The translations under genes were made by a program, and so were the position numbers. 64,000 nucleotides of DNA from Orbicella franksi (taxonomy: Eukaryota): the NCBI GenBank assembly GCA_964199315.1, contig OZ116709.1, positions 11,904,001-11,968,000 of the forward strand. Reading direction: 5' to 3'. How positions within the stretch are numbered: position 1 is the first letter of the stretch; each line of letters starts with the position of its first letter. Positions 14,701 to 26,500 of this stretch are shown piece after piece. The notes beneath the pieces are model-generated. The model was not told the DNA's origin. It saw only the letters and a program-made list of their open reading frames with translations, and did not search any database.

Positions 14701-14974
14701 TTTGTCGGATTGCTAGCCTTAATTTTAGAAACTTATTTCGACCTGACAGACACAGATGTACTCATGCCGATTGCAAAGAAAAATAAGGCGGGTTTTTTTT
14801 TTTTTTTTTTTTCGTTTTTTTTTTTTTTTTAATATGATATCCGCAAAATTTACTGACAGCTGAAGAAATAGGCTGAAATTTTAACTCATAGCTGAGAAAT
14901 CACAAAAAAAAAAGTCAGCTGATCCCCTAACCCTAAAATCGATCCTAACCCTCAATACACGCCAGTCGTCAGTC

Positions 14975-15988
14975 ATGAAAGACACCTTAGTCTGCATGCT
15001 AACATGGATAGAGGCGCTAGTCACTATAGAAGACTGCGAATGTTTGCCTCGAGAAGACTCTGGATACGTCGATAATCTCTTCAACAAGGATAAGGATAGA
15101 AAAGGAAAATATCACGTGTTGATGAACCATTTGGCCGGTGTACCGCCTCCATGTACAAACGAGGAAAAATTCCGTGTCGTTGATACCTCGCAGACAGCTT
15201 ACACGGGTAAAACGTCTGTCTCACACACTGTTTACGACTGCAGTTTACATTCTTTTTCGAAATTGTGTTTTTTTATGTAAAGAAAATTCAGCTTGTTCCA
15301 TAAAGTGCCTCGCCTATCTGCAATGTTTCATCCACCCAATTTTGAACATAAATCGCTGTGTGCTAAAAATGCCAGCTTCTTGTTTTTATTGCGATTAAAA
15401 GAGCCGTTTCACACCCCATAGAACAAAATTTCTTTCCTTATCCAATAAACCATTAACTGCGCCCGGGATGAAGTTATCAAAATGGCACCGATTTCTTTGG
15501 TGTTCCGACAGAGGAGTAGACGAGACGAGAAGGCGGGAACGTTGCGGATATCCTAATAAAGGTAAATGATGGCTTCGCCATGTTTGCTCTTGCTTTAAAT
15601 AGGTTGTGACAGGGTTATAGGTTGGTGTTTAGCTTCCTTTAGCGGTTTGTGGTTTCTTAAAAACGAAATGAACCTGGCAGAAGCTTAAAATAAATTTGAT
15701 ATTCTTCCACCAGACGAATTCTTTTAGTGTAAAATAAATACTTTACATAAACTGTCCTCATTGAGAGACAGCTATGCAGTTACTCGGCTAACAGCTGTAG
15801 TTCCAATTTATAAAGATCGTACAAATGACAATAAATCTCTATCAATCAAAATGACACTTCAGACCAATAAAGGAAATCTCCTTAAAATCTCTTTGTCCAA
15901 GGTTGTTTTGCCATCCGGGAATTACCACAACGTCTGTGAAATATATATGCCCACCGCACACGTCAAAGGCTTTAACCTCAAGCGATAA
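14975..15988 (+). CDS. Possible small secreted-type protein (2 candidate exons)
   Basis: ORF 14975 MKDTLVCMLTWIEALVTIEDCEC... has a hydrophobic start and a G|GTAAAA donor after 15206. It could join in phase 1 to 15768-15988. The acceptor is weak and no homology was recognised. Confidence 0.25.
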
Positions 15989-17302
15989 TTCTAGGAAAAT
16001 TCTGCTGAATTCAATCAGCGCTTTTCATAACTCAATTTCGATGTTTTTATTACATCTCAAACATTTGTTTTGTTTTGGACATTTTTGGCTGTTGAAATTG
16101 ATAAAATTCAAAGTTTACAATTTAACTATCGTCGTTTTCTAAAAGGTATAACTTTCTTTCCTCTGGTTCCAACGGAAGTTCGAGCTTTCTCTGTTTCTTC
16201 TAAACCCAAGTGCAACCGAGTTGCGGAAAAAAAACCGCACGCATGTTCACCATTTTGAGAGCATCGATTCTACTTTGAAGGAAATTCGATCTCCTTGGAA
16301 CATAGAATATACGTGTGGTTTTCTTTTTTTAAAATTCACAAAGCGTTTTGTTGGTCTCTGTTTATCTTGGAAGTGTAATCTGCTTCCTTAACGTAACCAT
16401 AATCAATGCAATCTTCTTACCGTTGTTATATAAAAAGATCAATACGTTTTATCAAATTTATCCGGATTTTCATCAGCTTAAACAGCACTAACAACAACTC
16501 GCTCTTTGTTAGGCTAAGTTCGATTTCGAGAGCTCATTACGTAGTCCTAATAAAAAAAAAACCGAAGATTTCCGGACATTATACCTCATCTATATTTTTC
16601 GGGTTCAGATGGCAAAACTCAGGGACCAACATAAAAAAATTGAAGGCAACTGAGTAAATATGGCTGACGGATCTTCATAAAGACCGATACACTCCTGATG
16701 ATGGGTTAGCATGTACAACAGCCCTTCTCTTTAATTAGCAAGCAGTCGATTTTTGTTCCTAAAAGTTTTCGCCCGATTGGAAAAGTCAAAATGATGACAC
16801 GTCACACGCCAGGAAAAAAAGACCATCATTATCACTATCATAACTTCTTCCTTCAAACGGAGGCAAAAAAGTAATTCGAATATAAAGTCTGCCGGCCTAG
16901 CTATTTTCTCTTGATGTAGACAAATAGAAGTACTGTATATTGTCCCCACTATGTTTGGAAGGTACAGAAGTTAAAGCCGAAAGCAACTAATTAATCAATC
17001 GACTTGTAAATTGCAGCACGAGATAAAGGTACCATCGCATCCTTTCATTAATCAATCAATCAAATTTAACTCTGGTTATATTTAGAGAGAAACGCCACAT
17101 CGATTAGAATTAGGTTGATTTTTATCCTGATCCTATCCGCTATATATTTGAGTGTATGAGATTAAAATTTGACGTAGAATTCAAAGCCGGGAAATGGGGC
17201 AAAAAGTAGATCGAATATCCCTCAAATGAGATGTGCAGCAGAAATCATTGAAAGGAAAGCATTCCTCGTCTATCAAAAGTATTACGTGTATCAATCCCTA
17301 AG

Positions 17303-17482
17303 CCGGGGGTTACTCCCAGGAGAATCGGGCGGGGGTGTGGGGCCCGCTTCCCAAAGCCCTTACCCTATTTATGACCAAAACGGCCAAAATCTACACTCTA
17401 TTTATGACCAAAACGGCTGAAAAACCACAACCTCAGGGCCGCACAAACCTATATAGCCCATATAAGGGAGTGCCCCCCTGGG
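17303..17482 (-). mobile_element. CCGGGG-ended MITE family B, short copy
   Basis: Its reverse complement shares both ends with 11321-11728. Confidence 0.65.
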
Positions 17483-17661
17483 TCTCTATGTATGGTAATA
17501 CTCATTGGCTTCGTTTACTGGACTGGACTTTTCACAAAAACTTCAGATGCCTTATTAGCTAACATGCTTTATGACCCTGCCAAGGCAGCAAACCCTGTCG
17601 CTGAAGTACGTGCATCCTGTCCACTAAATCCCCGGCATTCCCGGACGCATCAAGGTCCATT

Positions 17662-17718
17662 CCTCCTCCTCCTCCTCCTCCTCCTCCTCCTCCTCCTCCT
17701 ATTCCTCCTCATCCTCCT
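17662..17718. repeat. (CCT)n microsatellite
   Basis: Long perfect CCT run with a degenerate 3' end. Confidence 0.95.
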
Positions 17719-18088
17719 TTCAAGTTTGTCGTTTGTAATCCGTGTTAATCTTCTCCATCCTTAACCATCCTTGTTCCCTCGTGGTTTATAACAAAATTTT
17801 TGGTGTTTCTCTATCTTAGTAAACTACTATTTTAAGCCAGTTCCTTTCAATTTAACAGTAATTTTGAACATGGCAGTTCATTTTATTGCATTGAATACAA
17901 CAAACTTAAGTTACGTCAGCACAAAGAGGTTTTTTTATATACCGGGGTTGCGTTCAAAGTAAACTACTGAACTTCAACGCAGAAGTCGTAATCAAACTAA
18001 CAACAATGGCTTGAAGAATGTATTATTAAAGAAAATTAAAGTAATTCTTTGACACGATGGGGTTTTTTTTTTTTTTTTTTTTTTTTCA

Positions 18089-20395
18089 TTACTGATTAAT
18101 GTTATAATGCGTCTTCACGCTTAAACTACCCGTATTCTGACCTCCAGTGTTGCCCACTTTTGTTGATTTTGCAAGAATTTTCTTCAAATTGTTGTTTATC
18201 GTCTCCACTTCCTTAATGCGTGTTCTTAATCTATCATTCCTTTCCTTCAGGTTTTTTAATTCTCTTTTCACGTCGCTAAAACCTTTTGTTTCCTCTCCAA
18301 TCTTTTCCTGCAGCGTGCGAAGGTTTTCCTGTAAACTGTGCACGTGAATTTTGTTTATTTCCTCCATTTCTTTATGAAACTGCGAGCGCTCGGAATCGTT
18401 GTTTTTTCGCTCGTTCTTTTGCCTTTCCTTCAATCTTTCCAATCGAACATTATGCGCCTCTACTTCTGTCTTCAATGTTGTTGCCTGTTTAATGTTCTCC
18501 TCCAGCTCGCCAGTGAAACCTTTCACGACCTTGTCTACATTTTCGAATTCTCTCTTGTCCCCTTCAAGTTTACGTTTCTTTTTTTCAAGCTCGCTTATCG
18601 TAGCTGCGATTACTGAAAGGCTAGCCTGCATTGTCGGATCCTCATTTTGAAATGTTGTTTTTTCTTGTTCTTCCCCGCAGTTGACAAATTTCATCTTGTT
18701 TGTTTCGTCTTTCAAGAAGTGAGCAAGATTTTTCATGATAGTCTTTTCTGCTTCGTTGCCTGGGAGATCTCCAAACAGTGGTGTATCAAAATCACGGCAC
18801 AGTGATACAAGTGTCCTTGCTTTGGCATAACTAGTGATAAGATGTGTTATGCCAATCGATTTATCAGTTCTTTCTTTTTCCTTTTGCGCGGATTCTTCCG
18901 CTTCTTTCTCTTCCGTTAGCTGAGTTTGTTCTCGTTTGGGCTCCAGCTTCTCCGCCGTTTTGCCGAATTCATGATTGGCAAAGACGGGCTGTTGTTTCTG
19001 TCTTTCGGGTAAATTCTGTAAATTCAAGGTCATCGTCAAAGCCATGTTCTAAACTGTAAATTCTTTTTAGAGTTATCCTTTTAGCCTCAAGATTAAAACA
19101 GTGATTCCTCTTACTGATTATCGCACATATAGTTCAATGTTAGGTTCTGAGAATTTGGTAATACAACAAGACCGATATCTCCCTGTTGATGACGTTCGTT
19201 TTTCTCATCACTTTCTGCTTGGCAATGTGATGATATTCTTAGTAGAAATTAGACGTGGAAAACTTTTGGGAATTAAAAAAGTCATCTGGACCATCCAATA
19301 GAATATTTATAGCAACAAAATTGCTACCAACCCTCAGTGGTTCGCAGCATATTATCAGCTCGTTCAAAACCAATTCAATCGTCGAAAAACTTGCAGGCAT
19401 ATTATTTTCCAATACGTGACTCATGAAAAAAATCGGCAGTTGTGCGTCATTGTGGAGATACTTTAAAGTCGATGACTGCATGGTCCTCAAAGAAACAGAT
19501 AGTTTATATCATGATTTTTGTTTTTGTTTTTGTTTTCTCTTGTTCTTAATTCTTTGTCGCCCCTTTTTAACCAACCCTCGCTACATTTCCAACGCTTTTT
19601 CTCCACCCTTCATTCCCTGCGTAGTTTTTTGACTCTTAAATCATTTTAGAGGTTTAATAAAAAGAAAAAATTCACTGATTAGAAACTCACGTTTTGTGGC
19701 CTCTCCAGTTGGCTTTCCTCTACGTTTGGACTAGTAAATTGAAATGAGCTGAAATTTTGAGGTTGAGCACTTGTGTTTCCGAAGACTTTGCTGTTTAAGT
19801 TACCAAGGATGCTTGTACCAATGTTTCCTAATAGCTGCCCGCTCGGGTTTTCCCTGGTGCATGCTGTTCCATCGCTAAATTGAGTTGCCGTTTGTTGAAA
19901 TTGTGACCCTGTATTGTATGGCATTCTTTCTGCAAACTGTTTGCTAGTTCCAGGATATTGAGCAGTTCCCAGAAATGGCGTATAAAGCGGAGGTCCAGGA
20001 AATTTTCCAGCTCCCGTATAATGAGTGGTTCTTCCAAATGGGTATTGCCCCAGATGAGGCGTGAAGCACTGAGTAATTCCCGGATGCTGTGTTGAATGTT
20101 GACTAGTTCCTGGGTATTGGGCTAGGTGAGGAGTTGTTTTAATTTCCTGAGTGGAAAAGGGATTTGTTCCCGGATGTTGCGAGAAATGCTGATTTGTTCC
20201 CTGATATTTCGGGGCGTACTGCTGAGTTCCCGGATGCTGTGTAGTGTGCTTAGTCCCTCCCGTGTGATTGGAGCGAGTACTTTGCTGCGCACTGTGTGTC
20301 AAGTCGCAGTTTTCTGTTTGTTGATTGTGGCCGGTGCCGTAAGCTGGGTAGAAGTTGAAATAATCCTGCTTGTGATATTCAGGTTCTGAATCCAT
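18089..20395 (-). CDS. Uncharacterised protein: N-terminal Q/H/P/G/T-rich repeats plus C-terminal coiled coil; about 554 aa, 2 coding exons
   Basis: The 238-aa ORF (19679-20395) has an AG acceptor just before its ATG and an AAC|GTGAGT donor at 19691. This splices in phase 0 to the TTTAG|AAC ATG acceptor at 19048 of the 318-aa ORF (18089-19045), which is E/K/L-rich with heptad character. No family was recognised, and additional exons are possible. Confidence 0.65.
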
Positions 20396-21202
20396 CAGTT
20401 ACCTGTATAGAGAAATGATTAACAGTTGCACAGATTGTAACAGTCTGTCCAATCATGCATAGAGGCAACCGACTCGATAAGTGTGTGTTAGGCACACTTG
20501 GTCAGTGTGTCTAACACACACTGAGCAAGCATTAGGCCAATGCAGCTCTTAGACTCTTTGCTGGTGATTGCGTACCACTAAAGACACATGACAGCTTATG
20601 TTGTTTTATATATAGTACGAGAAGAACAAATTATTAAAACTGATATCGTTAACTTATTAAAAATGTTTAAAGACGTCTATTTAAAGAAAGACCGACGAGT
20701 ATATAAATTACTCGTCGGTCACTGGTGTCTTCAAAAGTTTTTTGTGATTTACATGTTTATGCTTTTATACTCCACTCTTTGGTTTCTGATTACTTTTAGG
20801 AAATTTTGAAAAGCCTTATTGTACAAGCCGTTGCCATAGCATAAGAGTATGGAATTTTATCAACCAGGGTATTTGTGTCAAGAAACTGCTATCAATACGT
20901 ACTATTCAAAACAAATAATGGAAAAGTACACGAACTTACCCACTATGACACACGGTGATGATAAAAGGCTTGAAACTGAAAATTAAACTGAGCTTTAAGA
21001 TTAACTGATTATCAACACTTCTATGGACGCTCGATTGAAATCTCGTTTGAAGAAGTTTCTCTTTATTCCCAGTGATAAAGTAAGTCGTTCTACGATTCAG
21101 CGTGCGTCGTCATAATGGAAGATTCAAATCTAAAACTGGCTCGCGCCGAAACGCGCGCGCAGCAGTTACATACATTTGAGTCCTCGAAATATGTGAGCGT
21201 GT

Positions 21203-21245
21203 TTATGGACCGAGACGGAGTCGAGGGCCATAAACTCGCAAAATA

Positions 21246-21280
<35 letters not shown>

Positions 21281-21367
21281 AATCTTAGTCAATAAAGGAT
21301 TTATTATATGGCTTTCAAGGAAATTTTTCTTGCGGGACGCGGCGGGTAGTCCCGAGCGGGCAAGATA

Positions 21368-21398
<31 letters not shown>

Positions 21399-21450
21399 CA
21401 GCGCAGGATTTGATTCATCTTGCCCGTTCACGGCGCTAGCCATATAATAA
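21203..21450. mobile_element. Bipartite hairpin element (TTATTATATGG...CCATATAATAA family), partial
   Basis: Shares GCCATCTTGA(C/A)CGAACAA..GTCAAT.AAGGATTTATTATATG with about 44770-44840. Confidence 0.6.
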
Positions 21451-22299
21451 AACTCATTTAAGGCTCGCTTCTAAATGGTCGTCGCGCTCGCTGAAAAAAA
21501 GGTTCGGTGATAGTTGCAATCAGATGGATACAACTCTTCAACAATGACCTTGAAGATCGAAGCGATGGTAACGATGACGTGGAAACCAGTCCAGTTTGGG
21601 GGAATGTTGGTCTGACTCTTTCTTTCTGTTGAGCCATGAACGAGACCACAATTTTCCCAGCATGGACCAAGCACGCCAATTTACAAAAGTTTCTTTTTGA
21701 AAGGCCCATTAACAATGTCCAAAAAGCTTGTGCGTTCGCAAACTGGTGACCTAGGGCGCGCGCGCTTTATTGCGCTGCAATGAATTCCAATTTTAGCGCG
21801 CGCAATTTGTTGAATATATTTTAGGACATTCCACATTTCACTAGCTGTTATCCGCAAACTTCGATACGTTGGCCTGGGGGAAGTATTAAAACTTGCTTAA
21901 GTTTTCTTGAGATACAGCTCTTGGACTTAGGTTCCGATGACAGAACAGTCTGGCAGTCTGACAATTGATTTCATAATTTCATCGCTCAGCTCTGTAATAA
22001 TCATAACAATATTGTGTAATGCTTCTTTGTTAACTATATCTTATAACCACCCATGACCTGATCACGTCTTCCCAAACGCTCAACATCGACTGCCCGTTTG
22101 TTGTTAATTACGGAGTGTATTGATTGCTCAGTTTGGGGCGTAATTATGTACCTGTTAGGTTGCAGTTTCACGAAAAGTGGTTCGAAGACAGTTCTAACAA
22201 AAGTTTGGTTTGAAAAGCGACAAGCCTGCAAGCAGGCTTTCGATCAAGGATGCGGGGAAAATAGCCACGTTGTTTAGCCGAAAACCTGTCTCTTCAATC

Positions 22300-22598
22300 C
22301 CCGGGGAGGGGGACTCCCCTATAAAAAGGACGGGGGTGCTCGTTGGACATTTTGAAAAGAACCGCTCGGAGGTACCAAAATACTCTTTTGTGGGTGTGGC
22401 TTAACATTTTTCCCACCCCTAAGAGGCACCAATTCTAAAACAACACCTCAACTGACTGTGTCCTTCTTCGGCTCAATACCATAAAAGGTATCACAAAATC
22501 TCCCGCTTTTCACGCTGAACAAACTAAAAGGTACCAAACCCGCGTTTTTAGCCCCTAAAAGGTACGATGAGCCCACCCCCCCCCCCCCCTGCCCCGGG
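22300..22598 (+). mobile_element. CCCGGGG-ended MITE family C copy
   Basis: CCCGGGG...CCCCGGG termini; shares GGGGGTGCTC, GGTACC and AATTCTAAAACAACAC blocks with 40124-40374 in inverted orientation. Confidence 0.65.
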
Positions 22599-23539
22599 TC
22601 TCGGTCATGGCCTCGGCCACACACACTAAGGGGTTAACAACAGAACTTCAGACTCTGATTCGTAGATTCAAACAGTGACTGCGAATAGAATTATTCTCTG
22701 TTAGAGAACAGTCGCTAATAAAATAAAAATTCCCAAAAATACTTTTTACTTGAACTCTTTTATTAAGTCAGTTTTTTGTAGTCATCGTTTCCATACGCAC
22801 AGTTTAAACTAAAAAGTAAAATCCCTTAGAGCAGCAATTAAATATAAATAATACTTTCCAACAAGCTGCACCAGAAAAGACACAGACCCTTCAGAGGAGA
22901 TGAAACATCACGCAAAGTTTTTTCAAAGTTCGTTGCTCATTGTCAGTCTCAATCTTTTGCTGTCATTTTTTGCCTTTGGAAGTTTACTTCAATGTGAAGA
23001 TACCGTTGTACACCGCAAAAAGTGAGTTGCTAAACTGCGCTATAGCTACAGAGAAAAAAAATAGTGTCTCGACAATTCCAACAAGGCGCCGACTAACAGA
23101 GGTCTTTCCACATATACTTCTGTAACATTTAACATAACCCTGGAAAACGGTGATTGAAAATCCCTAGGAAAAGATACGTGGCTCTCTTGTTCTCTTTACC
23201 CTCTTGTCTTCCTTTGGAACTATAGTAAAGACGTCTCTCAAAGTAAGAGAATATAACATTAAGCGATGAACGATCAAATGCCACTCCACATAACGCAGAA
23301 GATTTTAACTTCACAGTTTTAATAGTTTTCTACGACTGAGTGGATACCTTGTACAAGGAATTAAGAGACGAACCTCTGAAATTTAAGGTTGTAAAATCTT
23401 CGGCATAAGTAAGGTCTCAAATGACTCTTTCAAATGTTATCTTGCTTATAACAGGCGCAGTTTTCTACAGTATGCGGTAAAATTAAGTTTTATCGTTTTA
23501 TAATAACTGACAATAATAATTTATTTGGGTTCGGTTCGT

Positions 23540-26500
23540 TTACTGGCTTTTCTTTGCGTCGCCGTTGACATCTTCGCTGCCTTCTACTTGAGTCTTTTCG
23601 CTTTCTTTCTTATCTTTCTCCGGGTTATCTTCATACCTGCGGTAGACCAGACAAGCTTGTTCACTTCTGTTCAGAATTATACATCAAGATTGTGCCACTG
23701 ATTTGTTTCGCTAATCTCAATCAGCTAAACAAAAACAGTCGCTATACAGTGTATAACATATGGATAGTTAAAGCTTGGAAGAAACCTTCGATAATAACTG
23801 GGAAAAAACGTAAAAAATAAATTGTGAAAAACTATAGCGGAAAACGGATCCTTTTAGTTTACTATTTCAATTACTGCCTCTAACAATGTAACTGATACTA
23901 TATGCACGTATGTTTTATCATTTAGCCTCGCTATAAAACCACTTCAACATGCACAGATACATCACGCTTAAAATAATGAAAATCAATAACAGAAAATTGG
24001 AAACATGAATTTTACACTGCATTAAGAGAAGACCCTGTGCGTTTTTTGTCGTGAGAACCTTCAAGCCTAAACACTTTAATTTATTAATGCCAAGTTAACA
24101 GAACTCCTTTTATATGATTAACCGTTGATACACACTGAATCCTACTTTCAATTTTGGAGTTCTAAACAAGCTGAGACAAAAGACGAAAGGAAATAGAACA
24201 GTAAAATACTTTCAACTCACTTGAACAACTCTGAAATTTCTCCTCTGATCAAAGCCAACGTGATTGGTGTTCCTAGACAGGCAGGCACCAAATACAGCAG
24301 GGCGGGTTGAGCAGCTTTGAAAGTGTGCATCACCAGAACGGTCAGTACCAGGCCCACAAAGTAAGCGATGAAGCCAGAGTAGAAATACACCCGGCTGGCC
24401 TTGTCTTTCTTGCTGCTGTCGACGAAAAAATGATGAGAAAACGTGTCCTACCTGTATTCCTTCGTCAATACATTGTACAACGCAAATGTAGGACGGTTCA
24501 GAAAATACATGTAACTTAATTTTCACAGTGAAACTGTTTCTCCAGTCTGTAAATGTACAGTAAAGATCTCTGATAATACATGTACTAACTGCGGTTTAAG
24601 CTTTCATCCGCAAATTACATCACGCACAATCACATTTCTTTTGATTTGGTTCCATAAAAGGTTAAGTAACGCTTGAAAGCCGAGTGCAGTGTAGTGCTGT
24701 TTTGACAAAAGTACAGCACATTTATCAAAACTGCGCTAACAAGTCAGATACATACTGTCTCTCATTATTATTATTGTTTTCTTTCAACGGTTGATACTTC
24801 TCAGACAATCTATTGATTGGCATTACGAGGAGAACGGACTGGCATTGCGAGGGGAAACTAAATGTTGACCAATCTTAGTAATTAAAGGATGCTATACCGC
24901 TATGATGAGAAACATACCACCTACCTGTGATCAAACCTCAAAAGAAGTGCAATAAATATTCCTGTTGAGGAAGAAAAAAAAACAATAACTCAAATTTGCA
25001 TGTTTCCTCTTTTGCAAAGCATAATCAGTTTATTCTCTCACATACATTGTACACTAACTGCAAATACATTCAGCGTTTGTCATAGTACAGCACATAAACT
25101 ACTGAACTGAACAGGTCTATTCAGATAAGGAGCAACGCAGCTACCTGTACACGTACTCTGGGATATGTTATGACATATTGTTGGCATCCTTCGCTCTCAT
25201 GAGTCCACGGATTTACACCAGAGAGACAAACCGCTCTAGAGCTGCTGTGGCTGAGCAATCCAGTTACTCTAAAGCCTTGAAGTGTCTCTCTCCACCCAGG
25301 TGAATAAAATGGTACTTCATCAATATACATGTAAACTGCTACCTAGGACAACATAAAAAAAGCTTTGGAGGGGGGAGGGAGGGGGTGTAAACTGTGATGG
25401 ACTAGCACCCCATCCAGGGTGAGTGGGAATGCTGCTAGTGGTTTAATGCCAGTCTTACCCACGTTGGGACACGTGAAGTCTGATAGGAACATACATGTAA
25501 GAGTGTCAGGATTCTTAAACATTTGCCAAATACTGCTAAAGTTCTTCTTATTTTCACCCTAACTCACCTGGTATAACAATGTCTCCAAGGCCCAGCATGG
25601 CAAAGTTGGATGCAGATAATCCTTTCTCAAGAAGATCCATTGGAAAAATCACTGCAAATGAGCAGGACATTAATTCAGTCATACATGCTGTACAAATGAA
25701 CATGTACAGTGTATATGAATTCTCCTTACAGATGTCCATTCATTTCTTCAATACTAGTTGGGGGAGTTACAAAATGCTCATCCTTAGTTCTCACAACTTG
25801 CATACAAGTTTTGGGCTTGTTATGGGGAAAATATTACACATAGTTGTGGTGTTCAGGGTCTACGTGCCCAATGCAAATTACATCAGTGACTTAAGGCTGA
25901 GTTAACACTGTAAGTGTCAATATTGTGAACATAAACACACGTTATGAACTACCAGTACTGTTAGGAATAGATAAGCAAGCCTCAGAAGAGTGCCAAAACC
26001 AAAACGAAGAGCCAAAACATACATGTATGTACATTAACATGTACATGTACATAGCTTTGTATATTGTATTACAGTAGCGTGTAAAGTCGTGTCTAGTAGT
26101 CTGGGGCCTGCCTACCCAGCACCCGTGGCATCAAAATCATATTACATATGTACATGTACAGCTTACATTTGATTGGTGCTTCAAATGACTTGGCAACAGT
26201 TACCATAACATCTGTTCCAAACACCTGCAATATCAATTCGACCAATGTTAAAAGAAAGCAACAGAGATAGAGCAATAGCATATTAGTTGCTTGCAGATTA
26301 ATTTACCATACATGTAAATGACAAAAGTGCACAGGTCTGGGTTGTTCAAAAAAAATGATGAACAAAAGGTGTTGTTTTAAAACAACAGATGTGGATGGGC
26401 AAGTTTTATCACAAAGAGAAAGGTTGGACAAGAAGATATTTTCACTTAGGATCACAAAAACAAGGGCAGACAAAATGCTGTATGTACATGGCAATTAAGA

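Noticed and set aside
17492-17764. Poly-Leu transmembrane-like ORF
   Set aside because: Produced by the (CCT)n microsatellite.
24212-24526. 104-aa ORF from the ORF track
   Set aside because: Alternative frame over HM13 exon 10; the true frame encodes QPALLY.
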